Source: Parasitella parasitica NRRL 2501
Lineage: Eukaryota; Fungi; Mucoromycota
DNA length: 64,000 nucleotides
Reading direction: 5' to 3'
NCBI GenBank assembly: GCA_025201805.1
Contig: MU619273.1
Span: forward strand, 62,001-126,000
Shown: in pieces, positions 26,602-40,345 of the stretch
How positions within the stretch are numbered: the first letter of the stretch is position 1
Layout of the letters: every line of letters starts with the position of its first letter
Made by a program: the position numbers and the translations under genes
The notes under the pieces: generated by a model
The model's input: only the letters and a program-made list of their open reading frames with translations
What the model was told of the DNA's origin: nothing
The model's database searches: none

Positions 26602-27404
26602 CTAAGGGCGATGATCTTCCTGTTTAGAATTGTTGCGCTGCTGCTTTCGTTTTATGAAGCTGTCAATTTCTCGATGCGGAAGAAAACTGCAGGCAGCAAT
26701 ACCAACAGCCGTAGTGTCTACTTGTTTGTTAGAGCCATTGGTTATAGTAGCTTTCGCGTCAGTGGTATCTGACCCATGATGGTTATGTGGCGCGATCTCT
26801 TTCCCGTAATCAGGATGATTGCGTGTTCTTTGTCTTGCTTGTCCCGTGTTGGCAGACGACGTGTCGAACAAAGCTATCTTTTGGATGATGTGGCGCGAAT
26901 ATTGAGCCTTTTTTTCGCTACCATTCTTGAGTGGTGCCTGGCGATGCTGGCAAGAAGAAATAGGGGCTTTTGTGGTTTTTATCAATGGAAAGCATTTCGA
27001 TTTCTCTTGCCAGTTCCATGTAGGCACTCCAATTTTTGAATACAGGCTCGTATCATCTAAAAATAGGGAGTCCTGCAAGTATATATTGGGTATTTCAGGT
27101 GACATGCTGGAGAAAGGGATGTTCCAATCGTGGTCAATCTTATCTAGCAAACTCTGCACTGTAGGAGACACACGCCATTTCATACTAGCCTCGTCTAAGC
27201 AGATGTCATCTGGAAGCTTTAGATCTTGGACAGCTCTGCTGTACTTTACAAGCGAAAGAAGTTGGTAATATATTTCTAATATGATTATTAATCATGTGTC
27301 TTTTGTGACAAGACGGTAAATAGCCATGTACTTTTGTCGATAACCACTGGAAAATAATCGAGTATATCAATGCGTATCTCATCGTCAACACATGCCATAG
27401 ACAT
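26602..27404 (-). CDS. Hypothetical protein (2 exons)
   Basis: MSMACVDDEIRIDILDYFPVVIDK, then a GT-AG intron, then KIYYQLLSLVKYSRAVQDLKLPDDICLDEAS joins ORF 26602..27183 in frame. Confidence 0.6.
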
Positions 27405-27926
27405 TTTGTTTGTAGGAAACCAAAAAAAATAGGTAGTTCGATATGAACTGGTATACGCAGCTGTATATAACAGTACTTACGGACCATCTACAGTTTATCT
27501 AAAAAACAGGAACATTCCATTTGATTGGTACGATTCTACGGCCCATGTGTTTATCACAAAGTATTTGGCATCTGCTTGATGTCAGTGGAGTCTTGGCTTT
27601 TCAATCATGTTTCGCGATGATCTGATCGATTTCATTGTCAACATATAACTTCTAGGATAAAAATGGAAAGCGAGAAGGAACAAAGAATCCGGAACTTGAC
27701 TAAAAGCGACACTATGTACTACCTGACATTTTTCATATCATTGTAATACGGCTAAACGTATCTTTTTGGAAACAAAGCAGAATCGCTCATTTGTACAATG
27801 ATTTCTGTTGAATTTTTCAGTATATGTATACAATGGAAACCTGCGGAAAGCTTCTCAAAGTATATAAAGAGCTCAGATTCCATCGTTTTTTTTTCTCCCC
27901 TTCTCTTCCACCACCTTTAATCCAAC

Positions 27927-28223
27927 ATGCACCCATCAAGGCATAGAAACAACATCCAAACTCAATACGAGGCAATCGAAGAACTACAGCAGCAACTACA
28001 TGAGCTACAAACGAATCGCGCGTCTATGGAAATTGTGTATACATCGCTCAAAAATGCCTTCTTGATATACCCTTGCACAGAATGGGACGAGGTGGACAAA
28101 GAAATCGGCAGAGCGTACGATGATCTGATGGCTCAAGTGAGGCAGCTGGATCGCTCATTAAAAAAATTGGACAAATGCATAAAGTCGACAGAGCAAGATG
28201 TCAACAAATCAACTCTTACATAA
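27927..28223 (+). CDS. Small intronless coiled-coil protein ('AYDDL' family, short form)
   Basis: 98 aa ORF with EVDKEIGRAYDDLMAQVRQLDRSLKKLDKCI; TATATAAA at 27861; similar to 15356-16156. Confidence 0.7.
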   Translation: MHPSRHRNNIQTQYEAIEELQQQLHELQTNRASMEIVYTSLKNAFLIYPCTEWDEVDKEIGRAYDDLMAQVRQLDRSLKKLDKCIKSTEQDVNKSTLT

Positions 28224-28332
28224 AAACAAGGGGGTGAGACAGAGAGAAAAAAAGAATGATTTATATCAGATTATCAATTAAAGAAAAGGTGGTATGTTTA
28301 CTACGGGGCTGGCCGACTACTGTTGCTACGTA

Positions 28333-29316
28333 CTACTTGTTGAAAGAAAATCCCTTCTTCTTTCCCTTCTCGGGTGTATTGGGTCTTCCTGATTCTAGAC
28401 GACGCTTCTTTTCCTCTAAATCGGCGCGTTGTCTGTCAAGAGCTTCTTTCATCTCTTTATGGCGTGCATACAACTAAAGCATATCATATAAGCATCCATT
28501 ACATGCAAAAATGACAATAAAAAAACCATTTTACCTCTGCTTCAGAATGTTTCAATTTGGCCTCTTTCTCAGTAACCTTGGCTTGGAATACTGCTCTCAT
28601 TTCGGATTCCATCTTGGCCAACTTTTGCTCGTGGGCAAGTCGTTCCTCTTCCATCTTTTGAGTTGGACTACACAAATGCAGATCTGTTAAGGAATGTGCT
28701 TCTCATATTTTTAACATAAAGAGAGCGACATGACTTACTTGACTTCCTTAAATACAGATGGGTCTTGCTGGATGCCCATGGCTGTCAATTTCTCAGTACG
28801 GTAGTTCTCGTAGAGAACGTCGTTTGTATACTCTTTCAGCTCTTCCATGTGGGTACTGTTTGATTGTTAGGTAAGTGTGTGCCTGTGTTAAGGAGAATTC
28901 TCCTAAATAACCTACCGGATCAACATTTGTCGGAGCTTTACGAAATCACAATGGTCCTCATTGTCAACCTCAATGATACCCCATGGATACATTCTACCAC
29001 GAACACGACGTCCATCAACATCAAATTCTTTGTCTGAGCCAACTACAGCAAATGGCATTTTGGACATGATCTCACTGTTTTCAGCAATGGTTTCCATGTC
29101 GTCGTATTCATAGACAGGAGCTTGATAGATTTGGATTTGATGATAGTTAATGTCTGCCAAAATGCGTTCCTTAAAGGCAACAACTTCCTCTTCCGTCATT
29201 GTATCGGCTTTAGCAATGATTGGGATCAAGTTGACACGAGTGTGAAGACGGCGCATGAACTCAATATCTACCGCTTTCAAACTTTATATGATAGGGTGGG
29301 TTAGCANNNNNNNNNN

Positions 29317-29349
<33 letters not shown>

Positions 29350-30111
29350 AGGGATTAGGGAGTGTATAAAATCATCCGTTAAACTACTTACGCATGACCT
29401 GTAGGAGAAATAAAGTAAAGGCAAGCATGAATACGGTTATCATTCATTTTTCTACGATTGACTCTGTTCTCTTGCTCTAGATAGGCATCGCAGCGAGACT
29501 CAATGTCATCCAGGATGGGCTTCCAGCTTTGTAGAAATGTTGAATAGTCAACTCAAAACAGCATTTGCACCACTTTACCTTTCTTCGTTGTTCACAAAAT
29601 CACCAAAACCAGGTGTATCTACGACAGTCAGCTTAAGCTTTACGCCATTTTCTTCGATATCAGCGGTAGTAGATTTGATTTCAACTGTTTGGGGAAGCTC
29701 TGCAGTCAATTCTGCTATCTCCTTTGGAGGATAAAGCTGCGTATTGAACAGTGTATTAACCAAGGTTGATTTTCCAAGACCAGATTCGCCTGTGTTTACT
29801 GGTTTTTAAAAAAAAAGATGTCTAAAGATCATAGCGTAACTTACCAACAACCATGCAAGTGAACTGAAAACCTGTTTTCACTGATTTTCTATGAACTTGA
29901 TTTGGTAAATTGGCAAAACCAACGTAACCTTGTAATTTTTTACGAATTACTGTAATCTAAAAATTGGGGTGGATTAGATAAAGAAGATTTCCCTTGATTT
30001 CCCAGGCAACACTTACCCCACTAGCTGTCGGCGTGGAGACTTGATCTATCGTTAACGTGTTAGTGGATTATTCCATATTTCAATCAATCAAATAACGTTA
30101 CCATTCATCAT
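28333..30111 (-). CDS. CDC3: Septin, Cdc3 group
   Basis: [60 protein letters not shown], and a C-terminal coiled coil ending KKGFSFNK*. A short N gap lies in an intron. Confidence 0.93.
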
Positions 30112-30629
30112 TTTTTGTATATAGTTTCAAGAACAAGAAGAAAGAGAAAAAGAAGAAAAAAAACAAAAAGTAGGTGTATTAGAATTCATAATAATCAAGG
30201 AGGCAATCAGAGTATATTTAAAGGGGTGAAAATATCAAGTTATGCATGCCATGATGTATATATATAAAACAGTATAATATAATCTCCTATATACTGTTAC
30301 TTGTATTCAACGCATTTTTAAAGATGAGCGAGAGATGTAGATCTTTCTTTCTTTCTTTCTGTTGCCATGGCAAATGGAATTATGGAAATGAGTCTAAATC
30401 GTCTTTGCAGGTTTCTTATTTCTTTCTATCTTTCCATGATTGACAACATGCTTTTTTCTTTTTTTCCAAGGTACCACAATTAATTGTGATGATTGGTTGG
30501 AAAATATTCTAAATTTGAATGTGGTCAAACAAAAAGCAGGTGAATCAAGAAATTTGATACCTATAAAAGAAGCCAGGTTATCCTGTCCTTCTCTTTTTCA
30601 ATTTTTTTTCCTTCATCCTTTCCCATCAA

Positions 30630-30998
30630 ATGACTTCTATCTACGATAACATTCCAACCCTTGATATCTGGTATCAAAGCAAGAATAGCAAAGGACCTGA
30701 ACCTTATCAAGTGGTTCCTTGCGGAAAGCAACGAACAAATAGCAATAATAATACTGTATCTTTTTCGACCGCTCCTCCTGCTGTTTATTGTTATGACAAT
30801 AAACAACAAAATCTTGAAAGGCCATTTCACAGAAGAAATAGCAGCTCTGAGCAAGGTAGGTCATCTTTTTTATAAATATATACATATACGTCGTGATGTA
30901 CTGACTTTAATCTGTTTCCAGTCAAGGAACTATTAAAGCATTACACCAACAAACTTTCAAGGCAGTTAAGCTATACCTCTCAATCTACCTACCGTTGA
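30630..30998 (+). CDS. Small hypothetical protein (2 exons)
   Basis: MTSIYDNIPTLDIWYQ...TVSFSTAPPAVY...; the intron at 30856-30921 splices in frame to VKELLKHYTNKLSRQLSYTSQSTYR*. Confidence 0.5.
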
Positions 30999-31144
30999 AG
31001 CGTAATCTGCTGTTTGATCTGAGATATACATGAGAAATCACACGCCCATACATTTACTACATGTACAAACTAATACTATTTTTATTTAATACCGCAATCT
31101 AAAAATCTAATTCAAAAATACCATCTAAACCACATTTAATAAAA

Positions 31145-32460
31145 CTACAACTGCTCTCTTGTCTTTTTAACAACAATAATCTCGTTTTCCAACAATGATT
31201 TTCGTTTGTTCTTGTTTTTTTCAATCTCGAAACTTTTCAAATCAGCCGTAAATAAAACCTAAATTTAAAAAAAAAATCGTTCTTTTAGCATCCTTTTGGG
31301 TAAACAAACCACGTTTAAAACGTACAGAATGAGCCCATCCACTATATTCTCCAAACAAGGTTCTAAAATGATCTCCAACCTGGATATACAATTTGCTATC
31401 AAGTGTTTTGCCCTTTTTCTTGCTGTTGAAGCCATAATCCCTTAGTGCAATCTGCCACACGTGTGTGTCTACTGGTATGGATTCCGTCTGATCCAATGAC
31501 ATGAGGCACTAAAGGGTCTTGTAAATTCAATGAAACATCTTCGTACAGCAATATTTATACCACGCAATCAGCCACTTTTGGTCCTACACCTTGTAGAGTC
31601 ATTAAAGACGATTTAGCTTCTTCGTAAGGTACATTTCTAAGAGTGTTGAGCCATTTTTCCTTGGATTCGGGGTGATCTGCTTTAATTTTGAGACATGTGT
31701 TGGCTATATACTTTGCCCTATACCCAAATCCTAACTCCCTCAGAATCGATTCGGTCTTGTCAGTTGCTGTGATCTCGTCCAAAGTAGGGAATGCATAAAA
31801 CTCTTGGTCATCTAACGTAGCGACTTTCTCGCCAAATCGAACGCACATCTTGTTTACCTTAACAAACAAAAAGCAGACTATTAATGACCAGATCCATTCC
31901 TTACTACAGTTCTCGCTTTTCTCTTACCATTTGTGAGATTCTACCAATATTGTTATTACTGCTGCAAATAAAAGAAATCAAATTTTCCCAAGGATCCTGT
32001 CGTAACATGCGAATGCCTTGCAAATTCTCTGACTTCCTTGCAAAATTAGTGTCCAGTTTGGCCCATCGTTTGTAGCAATCCTCCAACGAAACTTTATCCA
32101 GCTGAAAATAATCTCGAATTGCTGCTTCTGCTCCTGGTTTCAACTCCTGATTGTAACCGTATAATATTGTAGAAGCTATTTATAAAATGTTGATGCGCTT
32201 TTGTCCTTGCTGATATCTATGGACACTTACGAGTTTCTCGCAGTATGACCAGTTCGCCATCTAAGGTAGAGACCCTATTGTTATGTATATGTATTTCTTG
32301 TCTGAAAAACCAAGCAATAGTAATTGTTCGAAACTTACCAATTTTCATTCAGCTGTTTCCAGCGAAATGATTGTCCACATCGAAGAGTGTTTAACCTGAG
32401 TTCATTGGGCGATACATGAAGGTCTTTCCATAGTAAAGATGCAGATTGCAATTTCAACAT
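31145..32460 (-). CDS. OGG1: 8-oxoguanine DNA glycosylase
   Basis: LRCGQSFRW, LRQDPWENLISFICSSNNNI, LGFGYRAKY, HhH motif LQGVGPKVADCVCLM, IPVDTHVWQIA and GWAHSVLFTADL. Confidence 0.96.
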
Positions 32461-32892
32461 TAGCTGTATAGTATATGTGATATGTCAGAAAGAAAGACCC
32501 TAACCAATTTGACTACGGATAGAGGTCACTTGCAATTTTTGGTGTTTCATCAGACATAACAGTCAAAAATGCTGCTAACGGCCCACTTCAAACGATTTTC
32601 TCAGTTACTTTCAGGCAGATACAAACCATTTTGTATGCTAATATCATTACTTGGGTCTTTGGCCCATTGCTTATGTTTTTTTTATTTTTCTATTGAATGG
32701 TGAATTTTGTAGGATGAAACATTGACATTCGTTTTTTTTCGTGCAACACTCTGGTTGTAATTTGACAGAGTTCCAAGTTCAGTTTTTTGCACTTTCTTTC
32801 TCGTTGCCCTTTTTTTTTTTCTTTTTTTTTTTCTTTCTCACCTCTCTATACTCGTAATACTTATCGAATATATCGCCAAGAAAGATCAGCAA

Positions 32893-35173
32893 ATGAAGCT
32901 TCCTAAATCAGCATCAAGTAATAGCTGTTCTCTAGATATCAATCTAAAAGGATCAGCCAAAGTCCTTTCTTCAATCAGCGAAAGGAGTGTCAAAAAACAT
33001 ATCTCTGCAGTAAGAAACTACCATTTGACAGGCGTTCGTGGATATAGCAGCACGCAATTGAAGAAGCTGCCCAATACAATATCCCCCAATACATGTGTTG
33101 TGACAGATGGTATCAATGGTAAGTTTAAATTCATAGAGAAGGACAACAGCGCTTGGGGATTTCTCGTACAAGACAGGACGACACTACACCCTTTGATCAA
33201 ACATGTTGAAGAAAGAAAGACTAACGAATCAGCCGGATATTCGATTGGTGGCGATTCAGAATCTGCTATAAGGTACATACGTCTTTTTCGCCCCTTTTCT
33301 CGAGTTGATGTCTAAAATTCGTTAGAATTACGCATAAGGACGCTGAGAAGGATCACGCTTTCATTTACGGTGTGGTACGTTTTTTCTGAATCTACTGCTT
33401 TTAAAAATATTTATGCAATTTTGGTGTAGAAATCTAAAGACGAGAAAGGCAAGCATAAAGTGGCCGTGTATCTGTCGAACAGAAGGTATAGCATACAGCA
33501 ATAATTATCTTAACAGAAAAAAAAATTAAACCTTTACCATGAACAAATAGCTCAAATGGAATATGGATCAACGAAAAGAAGATGCAACTTACTACAATCG
33601 AATTATTTACTGAAGATGAGATTAGGTTTTTCGATCCTAAAAAACACAAGAACATAGCAGGTATATATTACAACAACGTCCTATATATCTGACCTCTTAT
33701 TGTTCCTTAGAAAACCCTGTCTATACGTTCGTAAGAAACCCAAACTGGGCTACATCATATGCTGAATCGATCCACGATCTTTTCATAACTGGCAGAAAGA
33801 TTGGATCTGGTTCATTTGGACAAGTTTTTTCTGCCCAATGCAAAGAAACAAAACAAATAGTTGCAATGAAAATAATTTACAAGAAAGCATTAGCACACAA
33901 ACCAAAGGCTAGGGAATCACTGCTTCGAGAAATTGGTGTCTGCTTGTCATTTCCAATCCATGTACGTATTTTTGTTTTGTTTTTTGTTTGTGTGTTTGCT
34001 TAGTTATTTTTACTGATTGTTACACACCAGCCTTGCATAATTCAAGTAAATCGATTATTTGATATAGATAACAAAATGTACATTATTATGGAATAGTAAG
34101 TAAAACTCATACTTTGTAAAGCATCGCGACCAATATCTCCTATAACCATCATAGTGGTGTTGACGGGGATTTGTTTGACAGCATAACATCTGGCGAAGTT
34201 GGCATGGAAGAATACAAAGTAAAGATTATATTTGATCAAATAGCGCATGCAATCGCTGTAAGTTATCTTTTTCGAAGCTATTGTATATTTATATTGATTT
34301 TTTTTTTCAGTTTCTTCATAAACGTGGGATTGTTCATCGAGATATCAAACTTGAAAACATTATCATGTGTGATAGAAAAACTTTGACAGTGAAGATTTGT
34401 GATTTTGGACTATCTACTTTTATTCGCAGCAACAGACTCCTTGAGACAAGCTGTGGAACCATCATGTATGGTAAAGTAAATTGAATCACCTAAAAGTTAC
34501 AGGGACAAATACATGGATTATAATGTTAAAAACAACAACCTTCTTATTTTTATAGCTGCTCCAGAATTACTAGAATCAAAAGGCTATGGCAAAGAAATTG
34601 ATATTTGGAGTTTGGGTGTCCTCTTATTCACTGCATTAGCAACTAGCACCCCTTTCTTTCAAGGTTTGTGTAGTTACACTGTGTTTCGTCTTGCAAATAT
34701 TAATTTTATCGTACACAGTAGGCGACGAAGGAAAAGAAGAGGATAGGCAACGTCTAAGGAACCAGATCAAGAAAGGGGATTTCGATTACAGTCTTCCTGT
34801 TTGGGATTCTATCAGTGATGAAGGTATGAACCTGAAACATTTTTAGATCATTATCACTAAATTTTTTTGTTATTATGCATAATAGCTAAAAACCTTATCG
34901 ATAATATGATCATGGTGGATAAAGAAAAGCGGTATAATATTGAACAAGTTATTGTAAGTAATATGGTTGCCGTATATTAAAAGATATATGTATACTTATT
35001 ATTTGGCAGGCACACCCTTGGCTTAAGAATATTGAGGTAACGTTTCTTGCATATAGTATCATACATAAACAAAGGCTCACAGCTGTCAATTTACATAGAG
35101 TGAAGAAACGCTGAAGGCTGGATTTCGTCGCAATCAAGCCTTGGTAGAATACCTCAATAATGAAAAAGCATGA
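32893..35173 (+). CDS. FHA-domain CAMK-group Ser/Thr kinase (Chk2/Dun1/Mek1-like)
   Basis: FHA-like segment (YSIGGD...DHAFIY...SSNGIWIN) followed by kinase motifs IGSGSFGQV, VAMK, HRDIKLEN, ICDFG, CGTIMYAAPE and DIWSLGV. Confidence 0.88.
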
Positions 35174-36174
35174 TGCAAAACTCCCTCTTCTGTGATGTTT
35201 TCCTCTTTAATTTTCTCATACTGCAATACTAGCATTAACGATACCTTATTATTCTCATGCATCCGAACTTTCCAATTCTTTCTTAGCAAATTATCATCTT
35301 TCCGAATTCGTCATTATCGCCACGAAAGACTTGATTCACATTCTCTTATATATCGCCATTCACTATCCGTATATGTCGTATGACCATAAACTAATAGTAA
35401 TATTTTCTCAAGTAGCAACCAAAGATATATCTGTCAATAAAACCATCTTCTGCACTTGACAAAATTTTATATGCTATTGTTCTTTTTTCAAGCATTGGGA
35501 ATGAGAAGATATCTCTAGTTTCGTGATCACTACTGTCAACTTCAAATATTCTTGCCAGTGCAGTGTATAAATTTCTTTAGAGACATTGCCCAGTGGAAAT
35601 CAAGTTATGCTCAGATAACGATAGTAATATTCATCAAATGAAGTACTACAGATTGGACTATTGTTGGATAAAGGTTATTGGCTCTTATTGTATTAATAGA
35701 TGTAACTTACTTATCGACTGGAATATTTGAATTAAGTTTTATTTCTTTTGCGTTTCTGGGTATCAGACTTTTAATCAATGAATATCTTTGGTCATATGCA
35801 ATTTTTGATGATCGCGATCTTCTTTATATGTAAAAGCCATAACGTCAGTACAACATTGAGCTTTATGAGCATCTTATCAGACTGTGTATGATATGGATTG
35901 TAGTATGATGCACAAGTACTCATAGACTTGGTTTCAATTTGTTGAATGCTATCAGGAGGTCTAATAATGGAGAACCTTTATTTACAAAAAAGGAGGGCAC
36001 TTCAACTTTATTATATAGACAATTCTAGTTGCTCAATAACTGCCCAACTAGTCGCATAATATATCAAAATGCGTGAAGAGCACAGTTTTCTGGACTGCAT
36101 AGTTTCATAAATAGGCGATAACTACTGTACTATCGGTTTTATTTAGCATGGAAAATTAAGTTAATGAATGGGTA

Positions 36175-38031
36175 CTATCTGCGCTGTTGTTGCTGAAAAG
36201 ACGATCCAGTAGTTATTACAGGTGCTCGTTGTTGTTGCTGTTGTTGTATTTGAGGTGGTAAACCCTGTTGTTGCGGTTGACCAGATAATGGAGGTCTTTG
36301 ATAAAAATTGAGTTGTTGCTGCTCTATCATACTTACTAACGGGAAGACAGGAATATTACTTGCCATTTCTTTAGGTGGAACGGGCGCAATCTTAACTAAT
36401 CTCCAGTTGTCTTTAGAGTAAGTGGGCGTGATATTTGCATAAGGAGGTAAATTCTCTGCTTTTTCTGTCGTAGGAAATGAGAATATTTTATGTGGTGGTA
36501 GTGTTCCTCTGTACGATGAATCCAACAATGGTAAACGAGTCATTGTGCTCTCGATAACATTCGAGTCAGTTGTTGCTTTTGGCGGTAATTTTGACAGCAT
36601 GTTCATCATGTGTTTCTCCAAAGATTTTGCTGTCAGAGATAATATTTTTTTTTGAATTAGACAAATATCACAGCATGAGCAAGTGAGCACATACCAATCT
36701 CTATTTCTTTCTCCTCTACTGCATCCCACATTGTTCTTCCTGCACTGAATCTACATTGTTGATACCGAACAAGCTCTTCTAATAATTGACTGTTTCTTTC
36801 TAATTCTTCTGCAGTGTTTTCAGGTTCCTTATTCATTGCTTCCTCGATGGCTTTCAAATCAAATCCTTCTTTTTCAAGCCATAATGCATTCAATTCCTCG
36901 TCGTTTGTTTCCATTTCTTCAACTGCTGGTCCCTCTGCATCTTTTTCTAATTGCTTTTGTTCCCATCTTTTGAAACGTTTTGCTGAACGTCCCATATATG
37001 TACTTTCGTATGTTGCATTTGCATTATTCGAATCAGATGCTGGTGCGAAGCTAGAGAAGGCTCCAAAATCAAGCCAATTTACTTTTTTTTTTTTTTTTTT
37101 TGAGTGCCCAGTTTATAATTATATTGGCTACAATTAAACAGTATCACTTACTGGGTACAATAGGCTTATTTTCATGTCTAGTAGTTTTGGATACGAAGGT
37201 TGGTGGTGGCGCTACGACGTCTTTCAATTGTGGCACTTCATTTGAGGCAGCTGATTGAGCTTTATGGACAATCAGCTCGTGTATGTTGTGTGCTGAAAAG
37301 AGAATAAAGTTAGAATTCGTACTTATGCCAATCACAATCAAGTAATCCATCACTCACGATAGTTAGTAATCGGCCCCACAGATGGGTCTTTAACAATCAT
37401 GTCTGTGAATGCATATCCATCATTTGTTGGTCGAAACAAGGAAATCAGCTCGATGACATTGTTGCTGTCCTCTAATTCTTCTTCTAGGCGAGATGCTTCT
37501 AATGATAGACTGCTGCTGGTATATGTATATAACTTCTTGAACGCGTCCAATTCAGGGATTGATTTCTTAACAATATGAATACATGCAGAAAAAACTGCAT
37601 CTAAATCAGTCTAATGTCATTGAGCTCAGTATATGTTAGTCAAACAATGTAATGGCTTGTTATCATTACCTTCAATGAAGAAAAATCTTTATATTTCAAC
37701 TTGTATACGCGCTCTATAATTGTCTCAAAAGTAATTGAGGCATCTGCTAATTTACTCCACAATAAGTGTTTTTTGTCCATACTACAAATGAACAAAGTGA
37801 GCATTCAAGATTTTTTTGCTTAGATATGGGAAATTACTTCGTGATATGATCAATAAAATGTATCATAACCTTTTGTTTAGGCGAGAGATCATTAGGGGCT
37901 TCCCGTTTCTTTCTATTATTGAAAGATTCTTGACGCTGCTCCTCATTAGATTCAGCCGTTATTGGTAATTTCCCATTCAATTTTGAGGGGTCTGTGTTAA
38001 CCGTGGATGAAGCAAGCCTGGTGGTAGGCAT
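36175..38031 (-). CDS. Rsc58/BRD7-BRD9-like chromatin remodeller subunit (degenerate bromodomain-like N-terminus)
   Basis: ITFETIIERVYKLKYKDFSSLKTDL (bromo-like), WLDFGAFSSFAPASDS motif, LEELVRYQQCRF, and a Gln-rich tail. Confidence 0.65.
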
Positions 38032-39989
38032 GTCTTGATATGAGTAATAATGAAAAGTAAGAGAAAGACATGAAATCATTTTCATAAATGAGTGATGTTA
38101 TGACTCCAAATTCTCCGCCCTACTCAGCCATGCTCAATAGTGGTGTCTTTAGAGATCTTCGGTGCAAACTTGATAGATTGTTATCTTGCTGGTATAGTGC
38201 GGCTGGTAATTTTGTTCGTTTAAAAAAATAGATGAAGATTTCCGAAAAATAAATAGTACTTACCTAGAAATAAGTGGAGCCGAAGTGTTGTCGTTTAGGA
38301 TTATGTTTTTAAAGAACAATCGACAAAAATCTTAACAAACGATCACTTCAAAAGGTGGTCGTTTCCGAAAAAAGTTGTCGATTTTAAGATTTGAATGCAG
38401 TTCTATCAAGGAATTCTAATAAGACGCTAACTGAGGACCCTACTGTCAGACGTTTGCAACAACCCGAAAGCAATCGTTATATGCTTCTAAGAGATCTATA
38501 CACGAAAAGGGATTTTGAAGACGATGTAGCTTTTAAAAAGCATTTTTCAAAAATAACCTGAAGTCTTATTTAGAAAGTTCATTCGAAGGAGCATGGAGGG
38601 ATTCACTTCTCTTTATGAATAGATAAAAGATGACGAGGTTTTTGTTAATAAGTTCGGACCTCCACAAAGAAGCGTTAAATTCTATATGATCGTCAACAAG
38701 ACATCAAACTTGAATTGTATAAGGCGGCTTTCCATGCCGATAGAAGTGACTCACAGATAATTAACAATTTAGGTTAAATAAGCTTCCAAACAACACTTTA
38801 CTTGACCACGAGTTTAAACAAATGGAATTTATAACTGGATATTTGGACCCTATCTTGCTTCCTCTTCTTTATCATTCTGAAAAATAATAGACATTTCCAC
38901 TGGTATGTATACTAATGACGTCAAAAATTGTCGTGTTGATATCTGCGACCATTTCCAACTTTGTTCAATCAGATTATGGAAGACACAGCGGCATGAAGAC
39001 CTGATGGTGGTATTGTGATCTTTGATCAAAGATGAGTTTATTTTATAGCTGGATTTTGCGAAGTTAAGCCCGATTTTGCCATAGTTGACCCGATTAAAAC
39101 ACATAAAGATTTACTGCCACTCTCGCAAAATTCTGCAGGAGAACTATCGATCAGCAGAATGTAAAGAATATCATCGCCGTGAAAGCAGTTGGTAAATATT
39201 AATACATTATATTAAAAGCGAATTACGAACAAAATTATAGTCGCCTAATAGGATTTTAACTTACTGTGTGCATGTTTGTTCTTGAAAGCAAAGGTGTCTA
39301 CGCAATGTTCGAAGTTGTTTCGTTCCGTATTCCACGTTGCCTTACCGACTTTTACCTCACCTTGAATCTTCTCAAGCAAATAACCCTCTCTTTCAAGAAG
39401 TTTTGTGTTAAGGACGAGGAACGCGGAATGGCATCTGCTTCAAATCTTGCAACTTGCATGTTTCATAAGGCATACATACATATGTGTTTATGTGTACACA
39501 TTCTTTGTTGACTTAATAAACAATACCTTCTGACTCTAATAATTTAATGATTATTACGAATATATGTTATTCTATTCAAAGCGAATGAGCCTGTAGCTTG
39601 AAATAAATTGAATTGCCCAGCGAGTGCAAAATAAGAATGAAAAAACAAAAACTCCTTTGGGACAATAGGCACAAAGTAAAGGAAGTTTTTTTTTTTTTAA
39701 CAAAGAGAAATGAAAGGGGTTCATTAAGAGAAGATGGCCAGTCAATGAAGATGGATCCAGGGTTGATGAGGGGCGTGGGGGAGAAGAGTCCATTTTATGC
39801 AAGATAGGGCATATTGTTATGTCAAAATAAGTCAGTAAAATAAATCTGCCAAAGAGTTATACTTTTAATAGAAATACATATTTTGGATGTATTCATGTAA
39901 ACCAACATCAAATGCTAACGTCATAATGTACGACTGTAACTAAGGTTTACAATGTAAAGTATGCGGTGTAAATCCTACTTTTACCCACG

Positions 39990-40345
39990 CACGTTGGCTT
40001 TAGCCCCTTGATCTGGCTACAAGCCTTATAGCATGTTAGTGATATAACACATATGACAGGCCAGTGGCCTATCCAGACACAAGCCTTATTCTTTGATGAA
40101 GGTTTTTCGGTCAGTAGTTTGTTATTCAAACACAAAAAAGGACCTTCAAATGTTTAAGGAAGTTGCAGCCTGTTGAGGATGTTAAGCCATTAGAAGGAGT
40201 GGATTTATTGAAGAGCTGTTTTAGATGTAAAGGACAAGGAGAAGGACGGCGATTAGCAACCATCCGAGGCGTCAAGGAACAAGACGACTTATTTCTGGCC
40301 TTGTCATTCGTAACCACAAGGGGATCAGCCCGCATGTCAAAGAGG
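39990..40345 (-). mobile_element. Non-LTR retrotransposon (LINE) 3' end relic
   Basis: Frameshifted minus-strand frames give PLWLRMTRPEISRLVP*RLGWL / RPSPCPLHLKQLFNKS / NKLLTEKPSSKNKACVWIGHWPVICVI. From recall, these resemble the WRLGWLP..PCP..WPxIC C-terminus of Mucorales LINE ORF2. Confidence 0.7.

Noticed and set aside
35400-35830. Coding-like minus-strand stretches with a GTAAGT donor
   Set aside because: I could not assemble a stop-free spliced frame or recognise a family.
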